Virus record (IMG/VR): IMGVR_UViG_3300032223_002232
Coordinates: 32,001-96,000 of that record
Reading direction: 5' to 3' (one strand)
From: a virus
DNA length: 64,000 nucleotides
Part shown: in pieces, positions 22,900 through 34,289 of the stretch
Numbering within the stretch: the stretch's first letter is position 1
How the letters are laid out: each line of letters opens with the position of its first letter
Translations under genes and position numbers: made by a program
The notes under the pieces: model-generated
Seen by the model: the letters and a program-made list of their open reading frames with translations, nothing else
The model's database searches: none
Told to the model about the DNA's origin: nothing

Positions 22900-24945
22900 T
22901 CAAGTACAACAATTTGATATAGCTTCACCCCAAGTCTTAGTTGGGGCATAATTTGCTGGGAATGCTTCTGATAATTCAAAATATGTAATTGGATTCACAT
23001 TACATGTTCTAATAACTGGTAATGTAAGATTGTATGATGACATTGCACTCCATGACCAACAGAATTGACCTGCACAATTATTATTGTTACCCACATTAAC
23101 TGAAAAATTTTTAATCTCCAAGAATGTTTTTAAAGTTTCGATTGAATTATAAAGTTTGGCTAACTCTCTGTTAAATACTGATGGTACATGTAATTCATTT
23201 ACACCAATACCAAGAGTTTCATTTTGAACATCAGGATTTAATGTAGGTAATTCTCTTGTAACATCTATAGGTAGCCATGAGAAATATGTTATTATGCCAT
23301 ATTTTGTTTGCTCTGATGCCAGAACAAATTTTGCATTTAATGTTTCTCTGAAAGATTTAATGTTTTGAGCCAATCGAATTAAAGATCTATTATAATTTAA
23401 ATCAGAAGTAAATTCATTGCTTTTTACTGCTAATTGATCATAACTCCAATTTTTACTAGGTAAACCATTACCTAATTTGAAAATTTGTAATACATCTTGT
23501 ATTTTTTGTATACCATAAGGCATACTAATTATAAATGACTTGTTTGGTGATCTTTTAATATTCTTGTATGTAAACGTACTTGCTAATGGTAAATTTAATT
23601 CTGTAATAAAATTACCAGATGTTGAGAATTTAAATACATTTGTATCTGATAAGATATAAAAGAAATCACCATTCTCATCAAAAATTATTTTTTCTAGAGT
23701 TGTGGATTTATCATTTAAAAATGTCAAATCTATTGTTTCAAATAAAGTATTTGATAAATTATCATAAATTAAAATTTTATAATTTTGCGTTAATATGAAT
23801 AGTAATTGAGTTGATGGATGAACTGCTATACTTGTTGGTTTATCTTTATCTAATTCATCAGTTGTATATGTATAAACCCAATTCAAATCAATATTAAATT
23901 GTTTAACACAAAAATTATTGTAATCTAAAACATAAAGATAATTGTTTGAAAGTAAAACTTGTGTTGGTGAATTGAATTTATTATGATCAATAACACTACC
24001 AAATCCACCAATTGATAATTCAATATTAATTTCTGGGTTTACCGTCAAATCAATATTAAATTTATAAATTTTATTTGTTGGTGAATCACAAAGATATACA
24101 GTTTCTCCAGTTGAATCAACATCAAATGATAATGGATCAGCTAATAAATTAGATATATTTGCAGAATTATAAAAGTTTCTTTCAATTGGAATGGCTCCAG
24201 CTGAAAATGCTCTAAATTTAGTTCCATCTAATACATAGATATGATCAGATGTTTGACATGCATCCCTTACATCTGAAAAATAAGTTAAGCCCGAATTGGT
24301 TGCTAATTCTGGATTATTTAAATTAGATGAATTATAAGTTTGTGTAAACCATTTAATACCAGAAGCTCTTGAACCTGAATTATTACCCAACCAACCATAA
24401 TATAATGTTGGTGATGTTATGTTTATTGTTTGAATATTAGAATTCAGATAATCTAATGATTCTTGTAATCTTTTAATCGATGTATTAAAGATATCTTCAA
24501 CACCCCATTCATTTGGTTGAATATTTATTTGTTCTAGTGTATATGGTAGTGTTAATGTTATTTCATTATTAAGTCTTAATTGTTCTTGATTATAAGCATT
24601 CCATTGACTTTCAACCACAAATGGAACTTGTACAACATAAGGGTAATGTGATTGTTGTAGATCATTATAAACTGCCGTATACGAAACATAAAAAGTTCCT
24701 TTTTTAGTATATGTATGGAAAACAGTTTGATTTGGTTGTGTTTGCTGAACTGCTGATGTATCACCAAAATTAGTCAAATAATAAGATATAGCTAAATTTG
24801 GATCATACTGTGAAATTACTGGATTTAAATATTGAACAAATACAGGAGTACCTGTCAAGGTATAAACAGTTGACATGTAAACCTGTTTAGGTACTAAATT
24901 ACTATACGATACTAAATCATGTTCTCCTGTTATTATAATACTCAT
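22900..24945 (-). CDS. Baseplate-associated protein with NHL/beta-propeller repeats
   Basis: NHL-type motifs FNSPTQV..LYVLDYNNFCVKQF and PLSFDVD..VYLCD. Likely start 24945 overlaps the upstream stop. Confidence 0.65.
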   Translation of the reverse strand: MSIIITGEHDLVSYSNLVPKQVYMSTVYTLTGTPVFVQYLNPVISQYDPNLAISYYLTNFGDTSAVQQTQPNQTVFHTYTKKGTFYVSYTAVYNDLQQSHYPYVVQVPFVVESQWNAYNQEQLRLNNEITLTLPYTLEQINIQPNEWGVEDIFNTSIKRLQESLDYLNSNIQTINITSPTLYYGWLGNNSGSRASGIKWFTQTYNSSNLNNPELATNSGLTYFSDVRDACQTSDHIYVLDGTKFRAFSAGAIPIERNFYNSANISNLLADPLSFDVDSTGETVYLCDSPTNKIYKFNIDLTVNPEINIELSIGGFGSVIDHNKFNSPTQVLLSNNYLYVLDYNNFCVKQFNIDLNWVYTYTTDELDKDKPTSIAVHPSTQLLFILTQNYKILIYDNLSNTLFETIDLTFLNDKSTTLEKIIFDENGDFFYILSDTNVFKFSTSGNFITELNLPLASTFTYKNIKRSPNKSFIISMPYGIQKIQDVLQIFKLGNGLPSKNWSYDQLAVKSNEFTSDLNYNRSLIRLAQNIKSFRETLNAKFVLASEQTKYGIITYFSWLPIDVTRELPTLNPDVQNETLGIGVNELHVPSVFNRELAKLYNSIETLKTFLEIKNFSVNVGNNNNCAGQFCWSWSAMSSYNLTLPVIRTCNVNPITYFELSEAFPANYAPTKTWGEAISNCCT

Positions 24946-27900
24946 AGTGTTATTTGACTCCAAAGATCAGTATTACCAGTATAATCAGCAGACCCTAATG
25001 GAAATGTTGTTGCTGGTATTTGTTGTATTACATTTGTTGTGGCATATAGATAGTATCTATCCAAACCAGCTAAACCTGTGAATAATGGTATAGCTGGATC
25101 ACCATAACTTAAATTAAATATATTATACGTTCCATTTAATGCAGGAACTGTAGATGATGCAGTCCAGAATTCACTTGATAAAAAATATGTTACAGTACCA
25201 CCAACAACTACCGCTGGACAGTTTTGTGGTATAGTGCAGAGTGTTTGTGTTATGGTTACAGATCTTGATAAATCTATATCTATAATTTTTGTATCAATTA
25301 TATGATTTAAACTTAAATCATTATAAGGTATTATTGTTGGTGATAGATGAAAATTAAGTTCATTATTATCATTATAATCTTGTGTTATTGCGTAATTGTT
25401 AAATGTGAATAAATTAAGAGCACCTGCTGTTGGTGCATAATATGTTGTACCCATTGAAATTGGATATGTTGTTAAATTATAACATTGAAGTGATATAGGT
25501 ATACCAGTGTATATTGATATATCTTGAGGATCATATGCTATATCCATTATATCAAATGATGAACTTAATGTACTTGTATATGAATTGTTAGTATTTGTAT
25601 ATATGTAAGAAATATATGAATTTTTATTAGCAGATAACCAAAATGATTGAGTATTGTTTTTCTTATTACCATAAGCTGATGGTCTAAATGAAAGTGTGTA
25701 GTTGCTTGGGTTTAAGAAAGTTAAAGTTGGTGAATTGTTAATCCATGCATATTCTGGATATAAAATAAAATCTAAAGGTTTATAGAATTCAATTGGATCT
25801 ATTGCATAGAAATATTCTTCAGCACTAACGTTATGCGCACTAGTCCAACCTTGAGCTATAGCTGAATCTAATTTTAATGTTATTTTATATGAAGATAAAC
25901 CTAAAATATTAGAATCAACATTGATAATATGATTTTGATTATCCAACAATTGTGTTGAATTAGTATTAAGATTAGTTAGCATCCATGCTTTATTTTGATA
26001 TTTTATCTTAAATAAAAATTGACTATCATCTACTAATAAGAATGATAAATCGCCAGATGCTGCTCTAGTTATTGTATTTAAACCGTTAAAAGTATCACCA
26101 ATTTCAATACTAGAATAATTTTTATAATATGTTTTAAAATCAGAATTTAATGTGGTTTTATCTGGAAAAGCATCAACATTGAATGTGAATGAACCTGTAA
26201 CAGCTGGTACTCTAACATCAGAATTTGCTGTTACTGTAACCGAATGGATAATTGGTTTTATATCTATATCTGGTAGAACTTTTATTCTGATTGTACTGAC
26301 TAATGCATAATTTGTACTAGCAGCATAGTTATAAAAAATATTATTGTTTAATGGTTCATAGGCTGATATTGGTTGGGTTAATGGATCAATATTATCATCA
26401 TAAGTCCAAGTCCAATATATAGGTGTATTTAAAAATTGAGGTATATCGTATAATCTACCTTGATACGGAACTTGTAATTTTAAATCTATTGATCTTACTC
26501 TTTCAAGATTATTTAGTTGACCTACAGGTGTAACGGAGAATACACCTTCACCAAAATAATCAAATAAAGATGTATTTGTTGTTACAGAAGCAATCTCATT
26601 ATATTTTTGTGATGATAATGAAATTGTTGTTTGTTGTGGACCATATCCAGAAACTGCTAATGTTTCGGTTGTTGGATCGAAATCAAGCTCTTCACCATTA
26701 GTTATATATCTTATAAATTTTTTAGTATCTGTATTTACTGAATATAATTGAACATATGATGCATATGGTGAAACACTCCAAGATATTTTACTATTTGTTA
26801 AATCTCTAGAAGGCCATGCAATTGCATTAGTATTAAATGATGAATCAACTATTATTAAATTTGATTCTTCTTTTAAGATATCCAAAAATAATGTTGTACC
26901 ATTGTTTGTTTCAGTATGTTGTCTGGCTAATACGGCTGATGTTTCTTCAAATGCATCAAGTATTCCAAAATCACCCTTTAACGATGCTCTTATAGCAAAA
27001 TCAATTTCACCATATAATGGTGAATAAACAATATTTAAATAACTACCAGTTGTCGCTGGAATCCATGCTGGATTTTTTAAATCATAATATGTATTGGATG
27101 GTCCATAATAAGCACTCACGGAATTAAGTGCTGTATAGTTATTAATATTTGTAATTGTATATTTTATTTGCTCATTGGTTTTAGTGTTATTATATAAATC
27201 ATAAACTAGAGCATTGTAATCTGATACTATAAATGAACTTAACTGTAAATTTAATGCATAACTAACACCATCTGTTGCTGCTGTGTTTAATGCTGATGTT
27301 TTTAAATAGAAATTAAGATTAAAGGAATCTAAATAATTTCCATCACTTGTATTTAATCTTGTTTTATATGTATAATAGTGTGGTGGGTATGTTGATACCC
27401 ATGACATTGTATTGTTTGATACCGTTGTGGCTAAAACATCTGAATTAATAGTGTAAGGTGTTGATCCAATTTTTATTGAATTAAATGTTCCGATTGCAGG
27501 AGAACCATTTATGTTTAATGCATCTGCGATATAATCAAAGTATATATTTGAATTTGAAACTCCTGTTGCAGCATTTGATGAATTATCAAATGTAAATTTA
27601 GAATTTGAAAGGTCTAATTTACATTTTAAAATTGCATTTGATTCAGCACCCAATGGTAATGATGGTGTACTTGGATATTGAATTAATTGATATTCTTGTA
27701 TAGTATTAACCGTTGGATCATAGTTAGTAATATAACTAGTTGTAAATGTATATGATGCGGCTGCTAAATAAGAATATGGATGCTGTTGCGAGATAATTAC
27801 TTTATTACCATTTGGATTAATAAATGAAGCACTATAACTTATAAAAGTTGAATCGGGATTTACTTTAACTGTATCAGTTTCAAATTGTGTAGCATATACC

Positions 27901-28643
27901 GCTGGATTATAATTGCTTGAAAAATTAGAAGGTAGAACTTGAACACCCATTCTTGTTCTTGATGCACATACAGAATAATTTAACGTATATGTTGCATCTA
28001 ATAAATTAGATAATGAACACAATTGAGGAACATTACTAACATAATTTTTATGAATTGGATATGCATCTTTTTCAAAACTATTTGAGGAAACAAATATAGC
28101 ACTCCAAGCCATGATTTTTGTAGTAGTTGATAAATTCCAATATCCTGTGTTTATATCCTTTTTAAGTGTTGTTGGATTTAAAAATAATCTATTTGGATAT
28201 AACAAATAACCATAACAATCATTTATATTTGGATCATTTTGAATATAAAAAACTTGAAACTCTTGTGGAGTTTTATATTTTTGTCTTAATGCTGATATGT
28301 TAAAATAAGATGTTGAATATGCATTTAACTGAATAGTATTTAAATCTTCGGCATAAAAAATATTTGAATTTGTTTTAAAATTAGCATTTGAAGAAAGATA
28401 TGTATTACTTGTAGTTGCATCATAATAAAGTATTGCTGATGTATTTTTAGGATTAAGAATATCAACATTTAAGAAATCTAAAATTTCATTAGAAGGTCTT
28501 TTTTGATATCTAAGGATATTAGTAAATAAAAAATCACGATTTGTTAAATTAAAGTAATCAACATTGACAGCAGATTTATACTGTTCATTAGGATAAGGAA
28601 CATCATTAAATAAGCTTATGTTGTATGCTTGTATGTAACTCAT
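24942..28643 (-). CDS. Large structural (baseplate region) protein
   Basis: 1233-aa Asn/Ser/Thr-rich ORF downstream of gp6, with CTAAATA upstream. Confidence 0.7.
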   Translation of the reverse strand: MSYIQAYNISLFNDVPYPNEQYKSAVNVDYFNLTNRDFLFTNILRYQKRPSNEILDFLNVDILNPKNTSAILYYDATTSNTYLSSNANFKTNSNIFYAEDLNTIQLNAYSTSYFNISALRQKYKTPQEFQVFYIQNDPNINDCYGYLLYPNRLFLNPTTLKKDINTGYWNLSTTTKIMAWSAIFVSSNSFEKDAYPIHKNYVSNVPQLCSLSNLLDATYTLNYSVCASRTRMGVQVLPSNFSSNYNPAVYATQFETDTVKVNPDSTFISYSASFINPNGNKVIISQQHPYSYLAAASYTFTTSYITNYDPTVNTIQEYQLIQYPSTPSLPLGAESNAILKCKLDLSNSKFTFDNSSNAATGVSNSNIYFDYIADALNINGSPAIGTFNSIKIGSTPYTINSDVLATTVSNNTMSWVSTYPPHYYTYKTRLNTSDGNYLDSFNLNFYLKTSALNTAATDGVSYALNLQLSSFIVSDYNALVYDLYNNTKTNEQIKYTITNINNYTALNSVSAYYGPSNTYYDLKNPAWIPATTGSYLNIVYSPLYGEIDFAIRASLKGDFGILDAFEETSAVLARQHTETNNGTTLFLDILKEESNLIIVDSSFNTNAIAWPSRDLTNSKISWSVSPYASYVQLYSVNTDTKKFIRYITNGEELDFDPTTETLAVSGYGPQQTTISLSSQKYNEIASVTTNTSLFDYFGEGVFSVTPVGQLNNLERVRSIDLKLQVPYQGRLYDIPQFLNTPIYWTWTYDDNIDPLTQPISAYEPLNNNIFYNYAASTNYALVSTIRIKVLPDIDIKPIIHSVTVTANSDVRVPAVTGSFTFNVDAFPDKTTLNSDFKTYYKNYSSIEIGDTFNGLNTITRAASGDLSFLLVDDSQFLFKIKYQNKAWMLTNLNTNSTQLLDNQNHIINVDSNILGLSSYKITLKLDSAIAQGWTSAHNVSAEEYFYAIDPIEFYKPLDFILYPEYAWINNSPTLTFLNPSNYTLSFRPSAYGNKKNNTQSFWLSANKNSYISYIYTNTNNSYTSTLSSSFDIMDIAYDPQDISIYTGIPISLQCYNLTTYPISMGTTYYAPTAGALNLFTFNNYAITQDYNDNNELNFHLSPTIIPYNDLSLNHIIDTKIIDIDLSRSVTITQTLCTIPQNCPAVVVGGTVTYFLSSEFWTASSTVPALNGTYNIFNLSYGDPAIPLFTGLAGLDRYYLYATTNVIQQIPATTFPLGSADYTGNTDLWSQITL

Positions 28644-28673
28644 GTTTAATAATATTTAGGTGCAAACAACAGA

Positions 28674-31600
28674 TTATGCAAGTGTTGTTGGGAAAACACC
28701 CAATCCTCTGTATAAATCATAAGAAAATAACCTATCTATGGTTTTTTCATTTGCAACCCATTGATAATTACTGGATAATGATTTGTTTATACTTGTTTGT
28801 TTATTGTTCCAATCAATTATACCATCGACCTGAGTATTATTAAAATTTGGAATAAATTCAAAGAATTCGTAGTAACCTTGCCATGCTCCACCAGTTGGGC
28901 CATTTAAATTCAAATAGTCAACAAGTAATTCAAGTGGATATGATGATAAACTGTTAATATAACCAGTATTTACTAATTCAAATTTATTTAATGATTTTGT
29001 TTTTAACACTATAGGTGTACCTGCACTTACTTGATATGTTGATGAATTTAGCGGTTCACCTCTATTGAAAATACCATCGGGTGATGATGTTGCAAAATTA
29101 TTTTGATCAAATGAATTTGACCCCCATAAAATTGATTGATTAATACTCAATATATCCATTAATCTTTTCATACTTGATGGGTAATATAATTTATAATCAT
29201 TTGTATTTTCATTTACAGCATTTGCTAAACTGTATAACTGATCAATATTACATGTATCTACATCAGAATTGTTAATTACAAAATTTGAAATTTTTTCATA
29301 TGCATTGACACCTAAATCACTATGTTTAAATGGTGCTGAACCGAATATAGTTGGTAAAAATTTATTATAAAGATAAACACTCTCTTGTAAAACTGGCATA
29401 AATGAATAACTTTTCATCTGGTCAGATAAATCAAAATTTTCATTAATTTTGAATAAATCTAACCTTGCATTTAAATATGAATTTGTTGTATTTTCTTGAG
29501 TTTGAACTAAAATTTGTTTAAAATCATTTGTTTCTAAATATTTGTAAAAAGTATTAACTAAGAAAGCGTCTTCACTAACAAGACCTGATGATGAAACTGC
29601 ATAGAAATCTAATGCTGTTGATTTACCAGATAATTGAATAGTTTTTAAATTTGATTTATCATCTTTTAAAATATAATCGTTTAATATTGAATACTTGTTA
29701 TTCCACCTCATTGATGTCCAATCACCATAAGCTTGAGCCGATTTATTCCATTGATTAATTTCAACTTCAGTTGAACCATCTTCAGTTTTATTCCAAAATA
29801 CTTTACCTTGTGGGTTTACATAGAATTTATCAACAAAAGTTCTAGTTTTACTATTAAAAATATAAACTCTATTTTCAACTGAATTTACAATATAGATAAA
29901 TCCTCTTGTATCACAAGCTATACCTTCTAATGCAGTATCATCAGTGTTCTGTTCTGGTATTATTGAAGGATATGGTGCATATTTTGATAAGTCACTATAA
30001 TCTAAAACATTAAATGTAGAAACTAAAGATGTAGTTGTATCAATATACCCAACTCTACTATAGCTATATGTAAACCACGGATTTTGATTTATATCAATCG
30101 TTAAATTATTAATACCTCTTATTGAATTAAAAGAACTTAATAATAAACCATTGGTATCTCTTTTTTCAAGAGTTCCTTTAGAATCCCAAATATTATTTGA
30201 TAGTGCTACCCATATGTTATCATTTGCATCAACAACAATATCTTGTGGACAAGAACATACTGGATAACTTATAGTTGTTAAAATATTACCATTAGTATCA
30301 TATTTTATTAATAAACCGCTTACATAATTTGAATAAGTTACCCATACATTGTTTTGTGTATCAGTATCAATATATGTTGGTTCTATGAAATTTTCAAAAC
30401 CATCATCATGTATATATGATTCATTTTCATTATACCAATCTGAATTTATATTAGGAACTTGATTTTGTATCGAACTTAATGGACTTACTGCAAATTTAAA
30501 ATTTCCAGCACTATCAAATTTTAAAACTGATAATGTATCATATAATGTCATCCAAATGTTTTGATCACCATCTAATACTATAGATGCTGGTGAAATAGCA
30601 TTAGTAACATAATGTTCAAGATTATTTTTATCAATAACTTTGTTTATATTTATTGCATTTAATATTTCACCATTTGAAGAAAATTTATAAAGATAATTTA
30701 ATTCACCATCACAAGCCCAAGCTTGATAATACGGTGATGGTAAAGCTGCAATACTATTAATGCCATGATAGCCCACTGTATTGAATGATCCTTTATTGTT
30801 AAAATCTGGATCAATAACAACTGGAACTTCAAAATTAAAAATTTGTATTTTCGGTAAACTTTTTAAATCTAAATCTGGGAAATTTTGAATAAAGTTATAT
30901 TCAAATAACGCCATTAAACCTGCATTTGGATTTGATATCCAAAGTTTTGGCATATATGTATTACCATTCAAAGGTGGAATACTAACAGTAGCTTTTGCAG
31001 TTAATGTTACAGATAACGTTGTTATTTTTGGCGCATAAAAATAATTTTTATTATAACCAGAACTTAAATAGTTGTCATTGTTTTTATATGTTATGTATTT
31101 AGGATCTAAAAATGATGATTGTATTGTGGGGTTATAACATTCTATGTATACTGGATTATCATCTTGTGAATATGGATTAGATTTGCAAAAGTTTGATTCG
31201 TATGCATATGGGGTTATACCATTACCATCTAATTCAATAGAACTATATTTTTTATTCCAATTTAAAGAAAAAACAATTGGCTGTTTAACATAATACCATC
31301 TTGGATTTATAAAATCTCTAATTCCATTTTCAGAAATTTTTATATAGTCTGGTGGTCTATATGTAAAAACGTGTGGTTGGTATGCTATGGTTTTACTATT
31401 ACTAAAATTTGTAGAAAGTATATGATCTGATTGAGAATCGAAATATTGAATTCCACTTATAGCTAAAGTTGCAACTATTGTACTATATGGTTTGTTATTG
31501 CATAATAAATCAAAATTAAACCAATCATCTACAAAGTAAAATTCCGCATAGCCACTAACACCAATAAAATTTCCACTAATAGTATTTATATATCCATTAT

Positions 31601-31889
31601 CATCAAGAAATAATCTAGTATCAATAGTTTTGACTGTATCAATTTTATTTTGATTTAAATCTAAAAATTTGCATTCTGGTCTTAAAAATGACCATTTACT
31701 TGGTTTTAATTGTGTATCATATGATTTAGAATATAATGATGTTAAACTAATAATATGATCATTGTCATTAGATGAGGTTATTATGACCCTAAATGGATAA
31801 CGATTTAAATGACCAGCAAAGGTTGGTGGAGGTGTGTAATCAAAATATATTGATTCATTCAATAATGTTGGTGTCGGAAGAGCTTGCAT
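28674..31889 (-). CDS. Baseplate wedge protein (gp7 position) with beta-propeller repeats
   Basis: Directly follows gp6. Repeats PxxIxxDxxxNIW (PASIVLDGDQNIW, PTYIDTDTQNNVW, PQDIVVDANDNIW). Confidence 0.6.
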   Translation of the reverse strand: MQALPTPTLLNESIYFDYTPPPTFAGHLNRYPFRVIITSSNDNDHIISLTSLYSKSYDTQLKPSKWSFLRPECKFLDLNQNKIDTVKTIDTRLFLDDNGYINTISGNFIGVSGYAEFYFVDDWFNFDLLCNNKPYSTIVATLAISGIQYFDSQSDHILSTNFSNSKTIAYQPHVFTYRPPDYIKISENGIRDFINPRWYYVKQPIVFSLNWNKKYSSIELDGNGITPYAYESNFCKSNPYSQDDNPVYIECYNPTIQSSFLDPKYITYKNNDNYLSSGYNKNYFYAPKITTLSVTLTAKATVSIPPLNGNTYMPKLWISNPNAGLMALFEYNFIQNFPDLDLKSLPKIQIFNFEVPVVIDPDFNNKGSFNTVGYHGINSIAALPSPYYQAWACDGELNYLYKFSSNGEILNAININKVIDKNNLEHYVTNAISPASIVLDGDQNIWMTLYDTLSVLKFDSAGNFKFAVSPLSSIQNQVPNINSDWYNENESYIHDDGFENFIEPTYIDTDTQNNVWVTYSNYVSGLLIKYDTNGNILTTISYPVCSCPQDIVVDANDNIWVALSNNIWDSKGTLEKRDTNGLLLSSFNSIRGINNLTIDINQNPWFTYSYSRVGYIDTTTSLVSTFNVLDYSDLSKYAPYPSIIPEQNTDDTALEGIACDTRGFIYIVNSVENRVYIFNSKTRTFVDKFYVNPQGKVFWNKTEDGSTEVEINQWNKSAQAYGDWTSMRWNNKYSILNDYILKDDKSNLKTIQLSGKSTALDFYAVSSSGLVSEDAFLVNTFYKYLETNDFKQILVQTQENTTNSYLNARLDLFKINENFDLSDQMKSYSFMPVLQESVYLYNKFLPTIFGSAPFKHSDLGVNAYEKISNFVINNSDVDTCNIDQLYSLANAVNENTNDYKLYYPSSMKRLMDILSINQSILWGSNSFDQNNFATSSPDGIFNRGEPLNSSTYQVSAGTPIVLKTKSLNKFELVNTGYINSLSSYPLELLVDYLNLNGPTGGAWQGYYEFFEFIPNFNNTQVDGIIDWNNKQTSINKSLSSNYQWVANEKTIDRLFSYDLYRGLGVFPTTLA

Positions 31890-31890
31890 T

Positions 31891-33696
31891 TTAGAAATCC
31901 GTTATCTGTATTACACCAGTAGGTTCTATAACATTGATTCTTGATATTAAATTATCTACATTATTAAATATAGGGTATTGGAAATATTGTAATTGATAAT
32001 TTTGTGTATATGCATTAGCTTCTAATTTTGGATATGCATCATTCCAAACAATTAATGAAAGACCATCAATATATGTATTTGTATCACTTCTATATGTTTT
32101 AATTTTATCAACACCATCTATATTAACAATATCAGTTGCTAATTGATTTATATCGATATTCTGACCAAATGTTACATTTTGTTTACTAAATGTATTTTTA
32201 ATAATATTAATCACATCTGACACAATACCTGAAGTAGCTCTTCTTGTATTTGATTTTTTATAAATTACCAATTGACTATTTGAAATATCATCAACTGTAA
32301 CATTAGAATTTGGATTTTTGACATAAAAATCTAAATTCATATAAACTGGATCAATTGGAATTATTTGTGATGTTAATATTTTATTATCACTAAGATCATT
32401 TATTAAAATTTCTTTCTGTGCAGAGTTAATATATTTTTGTACAGAATTTAATGGTGTAACATATACATATATGTTATTAAAATTGCAACTATTAGCAAAT
32501 TTAATTTGATTAAATAAAATTCTATTTTCTAATTGTGGATATTTTATTCCTATATCGTAAAGATATTTTATATGTCCTTTTAAATAATCATCGTTACTAA
32601 CAACCATAACATCTGCAAACATTTTTTTATAATTTGTTTTTATGTATGTTGTAAAATCTTTTATAGTTACAAGTTTTTGTTGTAATGTAAAATTTTGTGG
32701 CGCATTAGATCTAATACTATCTACATCTTCTTCAGGTGTATAAGGGTTAGATGGATACTCGTTATTTAAAGAAATAAATGATGCTTGTAATGGTGATAAA
32801 ACTGAACCATATTCAGGTAAAACCTCTGATAATATTTTATTATAATTTATACTATTAAAAAATGTAATATTATTTCCAAGTAATGTGTTAGCAGCAATAT
32901 CAGTTGCTTGTGGATCTATGGAAAGATAATAAATTTGAATTTGATCATTTGTTTCTAACTTTTTACCATTTATGCCATCACCAAATCTAACTTCATAATT
33001 TTTATTTGGATTAAATCTAACTTCGAATGCTTTATCGGTTGCTTTGTTTAAAAATAAATTTTCAGTTTGTTTCCATTCTTCCCAAACACCAGTTGATGTT
33101 GGTTTAACATAAACTTGAACATTAAAATGATCTAGATATGTTGTAGTACCAAGATTTACATAAATAATTTCATTATTATTACCAATTGCATTATATATTG
33201 GATATTCTGCAAATTGACCTTGATATAAATAGAAATCTGAAGATGTATTCTGTAAAAGATTCAACCCCTTTTCCGTATTAGAAAAATATATATCTTTATT
33301 AAATGAATATGTTGTATTACCAACTCTAACATATGAGTATCTTGGAATAATATAATTTCCAATTGTAAGATCTGGTGTAACAGTAAAACCAAATCCAACT
33401 GATTGTGTAATCCTACCAATTGGTTTATAATTTAAAAGTTTAACAATACGATTCATATTTTCGTATATTTGAGATTCTGAAAACATACTCTCTGAAGATG
33501 TTTTATTTAAATAATATAAAAGTGTACTAAAGCTAAAACTGATAACATCTAATAATGCAGACAAATTAGATCCTTGATAGTTTTGATCAGTGAATATCTG
33601 ACCCTGATTAAGTCTTGACACAATCAAATCTCTAAGACTTGTTGCGTCAAAACTTATATATGAATTTGTATTAAAAAAGGGATCGTTGTTTGCCAT
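31891..33696 (-). CDS. gp6: Baseplate wedge subunit gp6
   Basis: FTDQNYQGSNLSALLDVIS, YEVRFGDGINGKKL and EDVDSIRSNAP..QQKLVT..DF match gp6 signatures; adjacent to gp25. Confidence 0.9.
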   Translation of the reverse strand: MANNDPFFNTNSYISFDATSLRDLIVSRLNQGQIFTDQNYQGSNLSALLDVISFSFSTLLYYLNKTSSESMFSESQIYENMNRIVKLLNYKPIGRITQSVGFGFTVTPDLTIGNYIIPRYSYVRVGNTTYSFNKDIYFSNTEKGLNLLQNTSSDFYLYQGQFAEYPIYNAIGNNNEIIYVNLGTTTYLDHFNVQVYVKPTSTGVWEEWKQTENLFLNKATDKAFEVRFNPNKNYEVRFGDGINGKKLETNDQIQIYYLSIDPQATDIAANTLLGNNITFFNSINYNKILSEVLPEYGSVLSPLQASFISLNNEYPSNPYTPEEDVDSIRSNAPQNFTLQQKLVTIKDFTTYIKTNYKKMFADVMVVSNDDYLKGHIKYLYDIGIKYPQLENRILFNQIKFANSCNFNNIYVYVTPLNSVQKYINSAQKEILINDLSDNKILTSQIIPIDPVYMNLDFYVKNPNSNVTVDDISNSQLVIYKKSNTRRATSGIVSDVINIIKNTFSKQNVTFGQNIDINQLATDIVNIDGVDKIKTYRSDTNTYIDGLSLIVWNDAYPKLEANAYTQNYQLQYFQYPIFNNVDNLISRINVIEPTGVIQITDF

Positions 33697-33709
33697 TGTA
33701 ATAATTATC

Positions 33710-34216
33710 TTAAATTAAGATTTGTCCTCCTAACTGTGCTATAATACTTAGAGTGTTTTGAGTTTTTAGCTCTAAAAAGCTATATATTACTTGTATACTA
33801 TATTGATTAAGATCTGGTTGAGGTGTCACTCTAATGTTTAAAACATCTACTCTAGGTTCATATGTAGAAATTGCATTTAAAATTTCATTACCTATGATTT
33901 TAGCCAAACTATCAGTTACAGGTTCGAAAAGATATTTTTCCAAAGAAGAACCAAAATCTGGTGTTAATAGTTTTTGTCCCGGTCTTGTTGAAAAGATGTT
34001 TCTTATTGAATTTTTAATTGCATCATGATCAGTATTGACTATTATATCATTTGATTTGGCAACATTTAAACCTAAACCGACACTATTAGTTGGTGTTAAA
34101 TCTAAATTTAAATCTGTATAGACTGATGTTGCTTTTTGAACAACAACTGATGGCGAATTTTTTAGGTAATTCGATTGTTTCGGTCTTATTAAATTATTTA
34201 AATCTATGGTTGCCAC
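33710..34216 (-). CDS. gp25: Baseplate wedge subunit gp25
   Basis: YTDLNLDL, AIKNSIRNIFSTRPGQK..PDFGS and YEPRV. Likely start is GTG 34216, 8 nt after TATAAGTA. Confidence 0.92.
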   Translation of the reverse strand: MATIDLNNLIRPKQSNYLKNSPSVVVQKATSVYTDLNLDLTPTNSVGLGLNVAKSNDIIVNTDHDAIKNSIRNIFSTRPGQKLLTPDFGSSLEKYLFEPVTDSLAKIIGNEILNAISTYEPRVDVLNIRVTPQPDLNQYSIQVIYSFLELKTQNTLSIIAQLGGQILI

Positions 34217-34218
34217 GG

Positions 34219-34232
34219 TATAAATACTTATA
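34219..34232. promoter_or_regulatory. Overlapping divergent late-promoter motifs
   Basis: TATAAATA on + (34219-34226) overlaps TATAAGTA on - (34225-34232). Confidence 0.6.
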
Positions 34233-34276
34233 AATGTAGCTAATTCTTTTATGAATTTGTAACATACTGAAGTAAG

Positions 34277-34284
34277 TATAAATA
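34277..34284 (+). promoter_or_regulatory. T4-type late promoter TATAAATA
   Basis: Exact T4 gp55 consensus 5 nt before ATG 34290. Confidence 0.75.
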
Positions 34285-34289
34285 ATACC